A stretch of DNA of 63,773 bases, filler included, from Cercozoa sp. M6MM (lineage: Eukaryota; Protista; Endomyxa: Ascetosporea), in NCBI GenBank assembly GCA_040357565.1. It is 12 parts of 12 records of this genome, joined end to end, with 100 filler letters (N's around TTAATTAATTAA, not from the genome) between each part and the next. Parts side by side here need not be neighbours in the genome. Positions count along the whole stretch, not along the records: positions 31,283 to 46,234 come from JBDODJ010000316.1; positions 46,335 to 52,874 come from JBDODJ010000724.1; 10 more parts are not named here. One strand, given 5' to 3'. Both the position numbers and the translations under genes were made by a program. Numbering within the stretch: the stretch's first letter is position 1; every line of letters starts with the position of its first letter. The notes under the pieces are model-generated. The model had not been told where the DNA came from. It saw only the letters and a list, made by a program, of their open reading frames with translations, and made no database searches. Of the stretch, positions 34,905 through 47,475 are shown piece by piece.

Positions 34905-36506
34905 TCAGATTTCATGCGGCAATGGGGCACGCAGTAGTCGCCGCACAAAGTCGTCGTTCTCACCGAACTGCAACTCGTGGATCACAGGCCACCGTTTACC
35001 CTGGGAGTGAGAGAAAACAAACTAAACATCAACTGACTCGGACAAGTTTGTTCTAAGAGAGATCAAGATCAAAGCTACAGTGACCAGAATTCGACCGCGA
35101 GTGTCGATGGCGATACCGTTGAGCACCTTGTCGTGCGTACGAGTGCTGATACCAGACGGGAACAGATCGCGGCACTCAAGCCACGCGATCACTTTGCCCG
35201 TTGCTGGAGCAAGAACAAACACGTTTGTTTTGAGTGAAACAACAAGTTGCTTGAACAAACAAAGGTGTTTTGAAGGAGAAAAAAGAAAGTACCAGGATGC
35301 ACAACAGCGATGCGAGTGTCAAACCAAACGTTGCTCAACAGAAGAGAGTTGTGGGTGCTTTCGATTTCGTTGAGTCGTGAGATCTTGCGTTTCTTGCCTT
35401 CAACGTTCACTTCGAAGACTGCCTGTTGCTTTCTCACTGGAGAAGGGAGGTTAAACACGTTTGACACTTTAAACACTGCTTGTTGAAAAGTTGTACACTC
35501 CCAAGGCGACAAAGAGTAGGTAAACAAGAGATGCGATCCATCGGTCAAGATCACATGTGAAGAGTCATTCGAGAGTTGCGAGATGCCCCAACCTGTCTCA
35601 AAAAACAATGCAAGGAGAAACAAAGGAAGAAGTAAAAGCAAGAATCAAAAAGGAAAAAGCAAAAACCTTGACCCGGAATTTTGTGTTGCTTGACGAGCGA
35701 AAGCGAATGAGAAACCTGTCCAGTTTTTTCGCTCTTGTGAGACATCACCTCATATTGAAACACGTCGCCCGACTGCCAGGTGAGCCAATACGCGAATCGA
35801 CGACCATCGCTGTCGCGAAGCAGCGTGACACCTTCGCCAAAGTACTTCTGCGGCAGCGTGGCAAGCTCTCGCTCCGACTCCACTTGGCCTGCCTCCGTGA
35901 GTCGATGTGTCGCGATCTCTGACCTGCCGTTCAGTCCAGTCGAGTGCCACACCAGCTCGCTGTCCTCATCGTCGAACTCGAATCCTGCACACGACATTTC
36001 GAAACAAAGCAACTCAATTTTGAAGCAAACAAACGCTGATTTAAAACAAAGCTTACAATTTCGAAACAAAGCTCAGCAATTTCGAAACAAAGCTCAACAA
36101 TTCGAAACAAAGCTCAACAAGTTCGAAACAATGCAAAAAATGCACCCTGAGTAAACATCTCGGAGGGACGGTTCCACGAACGAGCACTGGTGGCACGGAA
36201 GGTGAGAGTTGGGAACTTGGGATCCAGCAGGTCACTCCAGTCGAACTGATCGCGATTGTTCACATCGAAAGCTCCGTCGCTCGAACCGAGTGCTTCCCAC
36301 CGAACCAGCCAGGCCAGCACAGCGAGTGCGCCTCCGACAAACAACAGCAAGGCAACAGAGGCAAGTTTGGTGCCGGAGGAGCGTGCTGGCGGCTCGCGAG
36401 CTTCCGAGGACTCGCGCGACAGAAAAGGCGTTGATTCGCTCGCGTCGTTTTCGCGTGATCTGGATGCATTTGAGTGTCTAACCTTCCTCCTGCCTCGTCT
36501 AGCCAT
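34905..36506 (-). CDS. Glutaminyl-peptide cyclotransferase, plant/bacterial beta-propeller type, with N-terminal membrane anchor
   Basis: FTQGFEF, STGLNGRS, YFGEGVT, WLTWQ, GWGI, TDGS, RLNEIE, SNVWF, VLNGIA, VTGKRWP. Confidence 0.95.
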
Positions 36507-36653
36507 TGGACACTAAATATAAAGACCAGATTAGACGCCCACAGCTCTAATCAGCTTCAATTGTTTGTTTCGGTGGTTGCTCAGGTCGGACTCGGGATTG
36601 TCCGCTATCGGTACAGTATTTACAATTACCGTACTGTAAGTGAATAGATCGTG

Positions 36654-37900
36654 TCACACAGGGAATGCGACCTGTGGCTTAGTTTTGGTCTTCGAGGGTG
36701 GCGAAGTTGGTTCCTCTATGTGCCAAGACAGGAGCACCGACGAGCGGCCGGACACGCCGTAGGCTCTCCTGGGCTGTGAGCACGAGTGCAAGCACGCCGA
36801 AAGACAACACAACAGAGCATTGTACCTTGCCGCCGATCCAGACTTTTCCGTAGTCAGCGCACGCTCCAACAATCTAATCAAACAAGTGAACTGAAAGCAA
36901 CAAGTATTAGTGGTTTACCATAGCTTTCGGTGGATTGCATTTCTCGAGATTCGCCGTGGGAAACACAAACCGAAAGGGCATTTCCTCTCTCGTGTCTAGG
37001 GATACAGGTGACCGTGTGCACAAACTGTTCAGCGCAAAAAGAGAAAGCACCATCGACAATCGAGGCAGGTCGTGTGAAGAAACGCCACAAAAAATGTGGT
37101 GGCTTTCGCAATCGCAGGCCCCAGCACCGCACTAGAGACAAAGGAAATTGCTTTTGGTGAAGTAGTGAAAAAAGAACATACAGCCATCGGCGTCAATGAT
37201 TGAAACGCCAAGGAAGAGGGACACACGGTCTCGCGACAATCGCCGTTGCAAGTCGTCGTCAGTCTATCAAACCAAGGGTAGTTTCAGCTTTGATTACAGT
37301 GTACAGAACGTGTCTTACTTGGTGTAGCTCAAGAAATTCGAGAGGTGATCGATGAAAGTACTTCTCCCACGTTGATGGACTCTACACATGGTACTGGTAC
37401 ATACTCAATCCTGCAACCAAAAAGCAGAAGATACGATGAAGAAATATTCTTTTCGCAAGTCAAACCAGTTCTTGCTGAGTTCGCCCTGCGCGCATTAAAG
37501 TGCATTTTTCGCAAAGTGCCAGTTCGAACCGAATCGTACCGCTTTTAAAAGTTTGGATCCTCTGGATTTTAACGACCGCATCCGGATGACCTGCACAACG
37601 CTTTCAGTTGCTGGTCCCTGTGGCCTGCACATGAAAGAAGCGGTACCTCATTGGCATCAACAACCAATGGTGTTTCCACTACTGGTCGCGCGTGCCAAAC
37701 GAGCACCTGCATTCATTCAAACCACTCATTCAAAAATCTGTCTCTGAAACGGAAATATTTTCGCACTGGGGTTGTGGCTAGTCCCGCGATCAGGCAGATG
37801 CGCTTTAGCCTGCCCATTGGAGCAAAACACCGAAAAAGTGATTCTCACTCTGTTTTAGCGCATCTGTACTTGCAGAAACACAGATCGGGCCTTACTGGGA
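36654..37900 (-). CDS. Multi-exon hypothetical protein, start uncertain
   Basis: Spliced 3' part ..EEMPFRFVFPTANLEKCNPPKAM|IVGACADYGKVWIGGK|PRRAYGVSGRSSVLLSWHIE..*. Confidence 0.4.
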
Positions 37901-38075
37901 AATAAGCCCTTAAAAAATCCGGGGCATTTTCGGAGCTTACAAAGCACAGCGACTGTGTGCAGTGGCAATGTCGGCCCTAAGTTTAACTGATCTGGGTGTG
38001 TCAGATGACAACTTGATTGGGGAGGTGCGTTCTGAAGTTTAGTTCGCAATGGGACCAGGTCTTCATTGTGTACAG

Positions 38076-38960
38076 GTGTCAGTCTCAGAGGACAGCTCCG
38101 TTTCATGTAGCGTCTACGACTGTGATAGTACGCACATGTATGTGTTGTCGGACCCTTCCGCGCGGAGGCTGGTCATGAGCTGCCCGAAGCAGCCTGATGC
38201 CAGTGATGAAAGCGGAGTGCCAATGTGGCCGTGTTCGGTGCTGCAGTCAGTCACCGTGCTTGCAGAACACAGCAGTGAACCGCTTGGTTCATTTGTTCTT
38301 GTGGTTGACTCTCAGTGTGATAGTCTGAAAGGCGTTTCTCTCACATCACTGGACGAAAATGTCACACGAGTGATCCCGCTTCTCGAAGATGCTGAATTTG
38401 CAGCCGCGGTGTTGCAGCAGTCCACTGTGTTTACAAACTGGCCGCTGACATGGGTAGATCCAGACTGTTTGATACACTGCGCGCGTGTGTGTGCGTGTGC
38501 TACTTTTAGTTTTGCTTGGTTAGGGCTACGTAGAGATGCAAGGACTCCAGGACGAAAATGTTGCTGCAGTGCGCCTGTGCGACGCAGTGTGCGAGTTGCT
38601 TCAAAGTGATGCTGTGAAACAACAAATTTGCGAAAGCGAAGTGCGTTTGTGCGATCCGAACGGTTATACGATTTCGCTTACGACCGTGGCGAACGCGCGC
38701 GACTTTTTGACCGAACTGGGCGTCCCCGATCTGCCCCATGGTGTTGCTGACGAAGGCAACCACTTGCGTCTGTTCTTTGCCGATGCGGACCACGTTGCGC
38801 TCTTTGCTTCGTCGCTGGCAGAAGGTGCTGCTTGCTTTCTTGGTTTATATCTGGTTGTTCACTGGTTGGATCTTGTCTTGTAGCCCAAGAGGAAAAGAAT
38901 ACTCTCCACACGAGCGGTGCTTTTGACGACTTACTGGTCGAAATCGCGTCGCTGTCTTGA
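38076..38960 (+). CDS. Hypothetical protein
   Basis: Two long exons joined in frame (PLTW|GYVEMQ) plus a terminal exon AQEEKNTLHTSGAFDDLLVEIASLS*. Confidence 0.55.
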
Positions 38961-39209
38961 ACAAATTTTCTGTGTTGCGTTGACGTGATACGCGACGGAC
39001 AGTACAACGTTGGGTGTCCTGAACCGCATATATCGTATATGCCGCGCATCATTGCATCGCATGTTTCGTTTCAACTTTACGTTAATTTCCGTTCCTTCGC
39101 ACGGCAACTGTGCTGAGAGTTCGCCACGCCTTGAAGTCAGTCAGAACTTTTAGAACGAGCGACGCGACGGTTACTCAGCCGAGCGCCGCTCCAATTTCGT
39201 TTGATCCAC

Positions 39210-40610
39210 ATGACAGAAACTGAATTGGATTGCCCTGCCAGTGAACTGTAAGGGTTCGTTCCTCAAACAGTTCAATGCTAGTGCTACGTCAGGCGAGCAC
39301 TATTTGCGAGTGTGGTCGGAGGCTCGGACTTTTATTTGGCCACCCGGTCGCCGACCGGCACGTGCTCGCCATGTGTACGCAGCGGACAGGCACGCCAACT
39401 TGGCCTGGCATGGCCAGTCGGCGCAGCTCATTGAGCGCGTGCATGTCTGCGCTCAGTACAGTCTCCTGTCTTCCACCATACGGTAGTGCTGTGCATTGCA
39501 GAGCAGTTTCGCGTACAGCACCCACGTGGCTGAAAACGACTGTGTGCTCCCGTTCATCCAGCGCACGTGAGTCTGAGCCAAAATGAAGCTGCTTCTTCTG
39601 CAAAGTCTCGTCGCGATGCTTTCATTCGGTGCCTTTGTGTCGGCGACGAGTGCTCGTAGCGAAAGTTCTGCCTCCGAGTCGCGTGCCGACTCTTTAAATT
39701 TCGAACTGCTACGGCAGTATCCGCCCTGTGCTCGGGTTTCTTGTTCGCCATTCGCACTTGATGGCACCCTTGATTACTTCTTTGCCGTGGTCTTCAGGTC
39801 GTGTTTTCCCGGAAGCCAAGATCCTTGCCAGTCCAAAATTCGGAAGGCTGAAGGTAAATTTTCCGGGAAAAGCTGGTAGTGTCGGCGCAGCTTCATTTAT
39901 ACCCTCTACTTGCTTCAGAGTGGAAGCCGGGCAAGATCAATCGTCAACGTGGACAGCCGACGCCTTACGGTCCGTCCTTGCTTCTTCTCTGCGCTGCCGT
40001 TATTGGTGTCTGACACTCTGCGCAGACTTACGGCAGAAACTGAAAGAAGCGGTCACGCCGGCAGACACCGAAGCGAGCAAGGCGCCTCTACCTCCCCCGT
40101 TTGGAATGACTGCGCCTCAAATGACCACCGTGACCGAAGAAACGCCTAATCGCACCGGCATTGTATGTTAAATAGCAGGGTTTTCTACCGGGTAGCCAAG
40201 TGCCGTTACTGTACACTGTCAAACTATCGTAGGGCAGCGACCGTGACGCCCGAGTGCTCGACAACTGGAGCATCGCCGTCGAAGCAGAAGAGCGAGAAGA
40301 AGACAATCTTGAAGAAGAGGAACTCGAGGAGGAAAGCAAAGAATGGGTTGCTCAGACTCACTCTGCTCCTGTGCCGATGCCTCTTGCCGCCAGTGCTATT
40401 GCACCTCTCGGATCCGTCAACAGCGAGCTCGAACCTAACTCGGAGTCGGAGTGTACTACGGGTGTGCCCGTGACATGGTACGCGCTGGCTCGGCAACAGT
40501 ACGGCGAGGTCTCCAACGAGGCACTGCTTTCCTCGCTGGGTGAGAACAAGGACACTCCTCGCAGCGGCGCTAGTGGAATCGATGTCCCGTCCGAGTTAGA
40601 CTCCTCGTAA
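39210..40610 (+). CDS. Hypothetical multi-exon protein with acidic C-terminus
   Basis: Coding-like segments flanked by GT/AG; last exon VLDNWSIAVEAEEREEDNLEEEELEEE..LDSS*. Confidence 0.5.
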
Positions 40611-41250
40611 CGTTGCGTTTTGGCTTTTCAAGCTGTACGTATCGACAAAATACACGGCCATCGCATGCCCGGACTGGTTAACTAAGTTTAATTAACTAAA
40701 CCAACTACAGTAAACTTATGTACGCGGTACGGTAGTCGTTCCATGACTTTGAACAGAATACCATCGCGACCATGCAGCGCAGTTATTCGCGTGAAGGATT
40801 AAATTGTTGCTCGACGAACTGCTGCAGTGTCGAAGCATACTTCGACGGGTTGAGCGGGACCCGCGGAGCAACGGTTGAGACAAAGGCAGGCGTGTGAGTA
40901 TGCAGCTGCCAAAACAAAACAGAAATTATGACACACCGAACCCTCACGAAGCACACATACACCAGAAGTTTAAGACCCTATACCGTGCTGGCAACCCACA
41001 AATAGTCGATCAGGGTCATGCTGCAGAGTGTCAATTGGGTCTCCGGTTGCAACTGCATGTTGGTGTTTCTTCCGAACACGAGCAGCAAGGAGTAGTCCGT
41101 CTGCATAGCGAAGAAACAGTATACAGCAGTATAGTGAAATCATGAGACACTGTCAGTACCGCGTATAGCGTTGAACTAAAGAACGTCCTGCAAGTAAAGA
41201 CCACGTACATCAATACTTGCTTTCGCCATATTGTTGATACAGCAGTGGAT

Positions 41251-44200
41251 TTACAAATCAGCTTTCAGAATATCGAGAAGGTTTCCAATGGTATGCTGGG
41301 TTGGGATCGTTTGAGTCGCGCCTTGTCGAGAAGGAGTGGTCAGTGGCGTGTGGAAGAGACCTGTTGCACCAACACACATGATTGTCCACTCTGAACAAAC
41401 TTGTTGGGTACCAGACTCTGATGGCAACACAAGCGAATGCGGCAGTCGCACGCGCGAGACGTCGATTGGCCGACGTGTAAACTGCAGAAGTTCCAAGAGA
41501 CCCGGCTCACGTTGCATGGTCGTGAATGGTGATGCGTGCCGTTCCTGACAGGGCAGTATATCATAGTCGCCGAATTTTATTGGCTGCATAGAGTTTACCA
41601 TCAAAGAAACTTGCAACTGCCCAGGGTTGCCCTTGATGTCGAAGACTTCGCCGTGACTGCACTCGGCCGTCTAACAAGGAGGGGGGGGGGGGGGCCCGCC
41701 CCGCAACACAAGTAATGGTCAAATAGCAAGTCTTTTCACATTCGGTGTCAGCAAAGCAAACTACTGTACCTGCACGGTTCCTTTCAATTGTACGGTGACA
41801 AACAAAGGAGTTCCTCTGGCGTCGACTTCGAGAACCGCTGTTTGGGAGGAAATCAAACGTATTTGGAGAAAACTGCCTACCGTTTAGTTGAGATTAAATC
41901 TTAAACCAAGGATTGGTGCTATCATTGTTGGCTTTGCCACCGGCTTGCCGCGGGTTTCCACCAAATGATCAACGAACGCAGTGAGCATGCCTTCGTTTAA
42001 AAACATGCTATGATCGCGTCTTTTCATCATCTGAACAAAACACAGCGTGTGTTTCGTTACCTTCCTTCCCAGGTGAATTGAGAAGGTACCGTTTTGACAA
42101 CAAAGTGCTCGGTGAAAGCAAAACGCTCGCCTCTGTTGGCAAGTTCATGGTCAAGGTGGGCAAGAACGAACGGACAGGTTTCCAACCAAGGATCTTAGTG
42201 CAGGAATTTTCTTACGAAAGAGAGGCGGCACCGCCTCCTCCAAAGCCAGCCTGTTGAAGCTCTTCAATGATCTTCTCTTCCGTCACGTTGTACCTGCGTG
42301 TCACATCACAAAAGAACACAATATTACAGCTCATTCATGGTAATGCAGGCACTGTACGCTTGCCGAATGGGATTCAATAACACGTGCGCTCTTTCAAATT
42401 TGTCTGTTGTTGAAACGTCAAGGCGTTGAAGGTCTCTCACTGCAACAACACAAGGGTCGTAGAATGTCAAGCCTGCAATGCCTGAGACCGAACTGAATAG
42501 ATACATCGACGAACGACGAGACACGTCAGATCGCACTCTGGTGTGGCAGGTGCTAGTCGAGGTGTGGCAAGTGGAGCCGGGCGCCTTTCCGCGGCCGTGC
42601 GGTTGTGCTGGACAAGCAGTTGCGCAGCTGCCTTGGTCAGACCTTGCAACTTCGACATCACGGTTTCTTGGTTCGTCACGGTGACTTGTGTTAACTTCGG
42701 GAAGACTGCACACTTTAACTCTGTGTCCTGCACCGAATAAACTGCTCCGTTGGCAAAATGAAACAGTCGATTGTGACGCAGCGACTGCGGGACTTGCACT
42801 CCTGCCAGCATGGCCACAGCGTAGCTCACCGAAACTCGAGAGTTTCTGAACTGTCTCGATGTGCGCCCAGAGCACTCGACCAAGTTAACGGAGATGTCTC
42901 TGTCCTGCGGCGATGGCTCTTGGATAGAGAACAAGTTCATCACGCATGGCGCGGTCGCAGTGCACTGACGCAGTTGGCCTATCAAGTCAAGTCAGCGGTG
43001 CATATGTCGAAGAACAGAAGAATGGATGCACACTACCCGGACTGTTGAAGCACCCGAAGAAGACTTGCACATCGACAGGATCGCTTGGTTCAGGAGTCTC
43101 TGGGTACGCAAACAGTTTGCACTCGACACCACGACGACCTTGTTCCTCCAGGGCCGCCTCAAACTCGACCTTGAACCTGCCAAGTCGCGCATCCCACTGT
43201 GTCAGACGCGCCGCCTTGTTGTTCCAGACATCTGAGCCAGAGTTTGCCGCCTTGAGTCTGTCCAAAAAGTCAAAGATCAACACCATGACAAGAAGAAAAT
43301 CCACAAATTTAGCACCTCTCAGCGACAGCGAGAAGAGCGACCTCGAACAAAGGCGCTTCCCTGGCTCGGAACACGGCAGGCAGTGTCACGTCATCGATCG
43401 GCGGAAGTTCCACCAGTAAACGCAACAAATCTGCGTCAGCTGCGGGTCGACTTTCGCGGAGGTCAGACAGATCTTCCGCACTGCGAAAGCTGACAGCTTT
43501 CTTCTGCAGCATCATGTCCATCGCCGTAGATGTGCTGGCAACACGTAAGACCTGTGCGGCGGGAGGAAGACACCGCAAAAACAGGTCGCTGGCTTCGCTC
43601 GACAAACGATTCATCCAATGCTGATATTCTGCTCCAAGTTGTGTGATGTGCGACCCGCAAATCTCACGGTACGGACTTGACCAGCTTGATGGATGATTGG
43701 CACTTTTGCGAAGGCTGATACACGTCTGGTCTGGCAGCCCTAGGTAGCGAGCAGAAGTCGCGATCATTCGATGCAGGACGCGGTAGGAAACGTGAGCTGT
43801 GCAGACAGAATGTTGTGTTGGAACCTGTGAAGTTTGAAGCAGTGAACTTACACCAGCGCGACACCGGACTGCCCAGTAGTTCCGGTAAATGTTCCTCTTG
43901 CAAAAGCTCGTTCACAGACTGCACTCGCAGCCATGGTGTCTGGCATACTTCTTCGACTGGTTTCCGAACAACAGCTGGCTGCAGACACGAACACAAACAA
44001 ACTTGTGAAAGAAAGCAAAGCTGTCCAATGGGAGCAACAAAACTTTAGAAAGAAAGGAAAGCGAACCTCGGCACCGCGATCGTCTTGCTCAAACATGTAA
44101 CAATCTTCGAACAGCTGCTCCATCGTTGTACCCCCAAGTCTGCTGACGTACGCAGGCAGTGTGCCCAGGAACAAGGCCACAGATTGCACACGCATCGGCG

Positions 44201-44900
44201 GCAAGTCAGAAAAGCTTGCATTCAGGGCGGCGTACACGGTTCGCACGTAGTTCAACAGTTTGTTTCGCGTGCTTTTGTCGCGTTTCAACACGTCCAGGTC
44301 AAAGTAAACGCTTCCGACAAAGTCCACCAGGCAATTTGTTGACTCGCTGTCGTATCTTGCTACAAGAAAGCCATAAAGCTTAAACATGCCAGAAGATTAC
44401 AGACGGAAGTTATGATTGACATTAAACTTAGTAGATCTACGAGACATAGGATAGGTGTATTTAACTATCTATCAAAAATCGAAAGTCTTACCCATGACTA
44501 GCGCGTCTTCGCCGGTGTCCGGGAGAAGCAACTTCTCTCCACGGGCATATGCGTATCGACGAGCGTTGACACGACGTAACAGATGTGCGGCGTTTACTAT
44601 TGTACACGGTAACGATATTGTTCACCGACTGAAGTTTCGGCTTTACACAGAGACTGTACCTTTCTTTCCGCGTTTCTCGATGACATATTCCCTCGCACAA
44701 GCAGGAGGCAGACCACTCAGAACAGCGACCGTCCAGTCGTCGATAGCATCCGAAGGAAAGACACTCAACAGGAACTCTCCCCTAAAATTAAAATCACACG
44801 CAATACAAAGCATAACCCACGAGAGAAACTCGGCAAACTCACCACTTCCCGAGCGCAAGCGCATCAAGTCCAAAGAAGGAAGGACTGACAGCTTCAGCAC
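41251..44900 (-). CDS. Large hypothetical protein with long exons and plain introns
   Basis: Chain of minus-strand ORFs (44643-44900, 43848-44387, 43309-43767, 42987-43304, 42467-42985, 41251-41616) with GT-AG boundaries. No family recognised and ends uncertain. Confidence 0.6.
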
Positions 44901-45586
44901 CCGAGCACAGACTTAAGAAGTCAACATCTCCTGTTGTTAGAGTTGATGCAAAACTCTGGGGGCTTTGGGCAGCTCTCACTGCGCCACACAGTGGCGCCAC
45001 GAGACACAAAATTGCCTGAAACCAGCATGATAATTTACAATCTTGGCAAACTGACAGACCTATGGTTCAGCTAGGGTGACTAAGCCATACCATGGCAAGG
45101 CGCGTCATTTTGGAGGCCGTGAAAATAGACTAACACTGCGTGTCTAACTTTAAATCAATTCTGCCGAGTATCGACCGAAGTACGCACGTGCCAAACGAAA
45201 CTCCGAGCATTGCTGCTGGGCGCATTGCTCCAGCAATCACCAAGGCCAAGTCTGTGTCTAACTAAATAGTAGTAGCACAAGTCTGAACTACACACGTGAA
45301 CTAAGTGCTCATCCGCGCGTGCTTGGTGTTTGAGCCGGAGCCAGTTATTTTTCGAGGCTGACCCTCAAGAACTGCAGCTGGTGCACCCCCAGACACTCTG
45401 CCGTTGCCTCGTTAGTGCCAGGAATCTCGGACTAGGTGTAACAGTGTACTGGCAGCATCAGGCAGTAGAGAGCGGGCTCCCGGTGGCCCTTCCCCAAAAA
45501 GATCAATCGCATCGCCGTGTGCTGACAAAGTTCCCGCAGACGGCAGACGCTGAAGAGTCGGCTTAGGGCGTGTTGGAGACTTCGCC

Positions 45587-46196
45587 ATGCTCGACGACGA
45601 ACCTTTGGTCGAAAGTGGCGGTGCGTGGCTCTCTTTCAAAGCAAATGTGTTCCATCCAGCTTTGCGAGGGTGCTTTGCTTAATTTAAACAGCGATGCGCG
45701 AGATTCGCGACGCCGTGAGCGTGATCGCGCGCGAGTTTGCGAAATTCGACGAAGAACGAGCGACTTGGTATGAAAACCTGCACATAAAAGCACCTGAAGC
45801 TGTTCAGTTTTGCTCGGGTGTGCGCAGGGAGATGCAGCGGCGTGCTTTACGCGCTAGAGTGCGCGAGCTCGAGCAGGAACTCGAGCGACGACGCGAAACG
45901 ATGCGCGAAGTGGTCGAACGCAACACGAAACTCGAGCACCGCGTGGAGCAGCTGCTCGCAGGAGGCGCATCCGCTGAAGAGGTGAGCTTTACAGCTTTTT
46001 TACAGCTTTGAATAGCTTTTGAAGCTTTCAAAAGCTTTTGAAGCTCTTGAAGCTCTTGAAGCTTCCGAAGCCTTTCGAGTGAAAGCTGTCGCTTTAACCG
46101 GTGTCTGTGCATGCGACTGTGCAGGGACACGAAGATGCGCGACTGGAAGCTATGGCGGCTCGTGCGCGGCAGCGCAAATCGCAGCGAAGGCAGCAG
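45587..46196 (+). CDS. Striatin-family N-terminal coiled coil (STRIPAK), truncated
   Basis: Spliced IAREFAKFDEERATWEMQRRALRARVRELEQE..VERNTKLEHRVEQ parallels striatin LQHEWARFEVERAQWEVERAELQAQIAFLQGE..RRIKMLEYALKQ. Confidence 0.72.
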
Positions 46197-46482
46197 GTGC
46201 AGTTGGCTGTGTGTGGGCGTTTTACCCCCCCCCCNNNNNNNNNNNNNNNNNNNNNNNNNNNNNNNNNNNNNNNNNNNNTTAATTAATTAANNNNNNNNNN
46301 NNNNNNNNNNNNNNNNNNNNNNNNNNNNNNNNNNGGGTTAAGCAGGGGGAAACAGCGAGGGGGTAAACGGGGGGGGGGGGGGNNNNNNNNNNNNNNNNNN
46401 NNNNNNNNNNNNNNNNNNNNNNNNNNNNNNNNNNNNNNNNNNNNNNNNNNNNNNNNNNNNNNNNNNNNNNNNNNNNNNNNNN

Positions 46483-46524
<42 letters not shown>

Positions 46525-46536
46525 CTAAAGAAGAAC

Positions 46537-47306
46537 CTTGTGACCGGCGCTCTCGACCGACGTGAAAGTGTCGTACTCGGTGCTGCTGCCTTCGTCGGCA
46601 CTCCTCAGTTTGACCTGATCGATCACCAACAATCATGATCGATCACAGTCGATCACAATCGATCACAACCGTCCAGTCCAAGGTACCGAGACTGGCGTGA
46701 CATCCATGTTGCTGAACGACATCGACTGACCCCAGACGCCGAGTCCTGTCATACACACAAATACAACACACAAACATTGTCCGCGCGGACACTGTGTACC
46801 GCCTACGATCGGTGCCGACACTGAGCGCCACATGCGTACCTACTCAGGTACACACGCATACAAGAACAAGCCAGTCCAGACACACGTCAGTGCAAGGCAG
46901 TACAAAGTCATCGCCCAACAGGCGCCGCAGTCGCTTCAGCGTGCCCCAGGACTGGTCGTCCTCAATCCAGCCCCAGCGGTACAATTTGCCTCTGTGAGTA
47001 CCAACGGACATCATTGTGGACATCTACAAATACTTAAGGGCACGAGAAACGCACTGCTCAGTCAAGGCGTAGGACTGCGCCCACGAGGCCTTGACTTGCA
47101 CGACCTTGTCGTCCTCCTCCGTTGCCAGAACCGGGACTTGCGTCGGCTGCGACACCTTGTCGAACTGCCCAGTGCCCAGCACGCCCAGCAGGCCGTCTCC
47201 CCAGGCCCACACACGCGTCTGTGTCAATGTGCACATCATTGACTAACACATAAATCACGATGCGCATGCATACCTTTCCTACTACACGCTCTCCTGTGCG
47301 TAACAT
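46537..47306 (-). CDS. RCC1-repeat protein, 5' part
   Basis: VWAWGDGLLGVLGTG..PTQVP..VVQVKASWAQSYALTEQ.GKLYRWG. Confidence 0.85.
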
Positions 47307-47475
47307 GGTAAATCAACGCTATCTTAGCCGTCTCTATCTCTAGTCACGATCCCGCGCAAAGCTGGCTACAACCGTGCGAGCAGTCCTCTCGTAAACTCCA
47401 AATTTAGAGCGATTCGTACACATTGCAGGTTTAATTTAACGTATAGAAGGCATCTAAAGGCGCTAAAAGGTCACA

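Noticed and set aside
37118-37548. Stop-codon reassignment suggested by in-frame TGA/TAA on the plus strand
   Set aside because: The region splices better on the minus strand. Conserved genes need no read-through, and TAA, TAG and TGA all serve as terminators.
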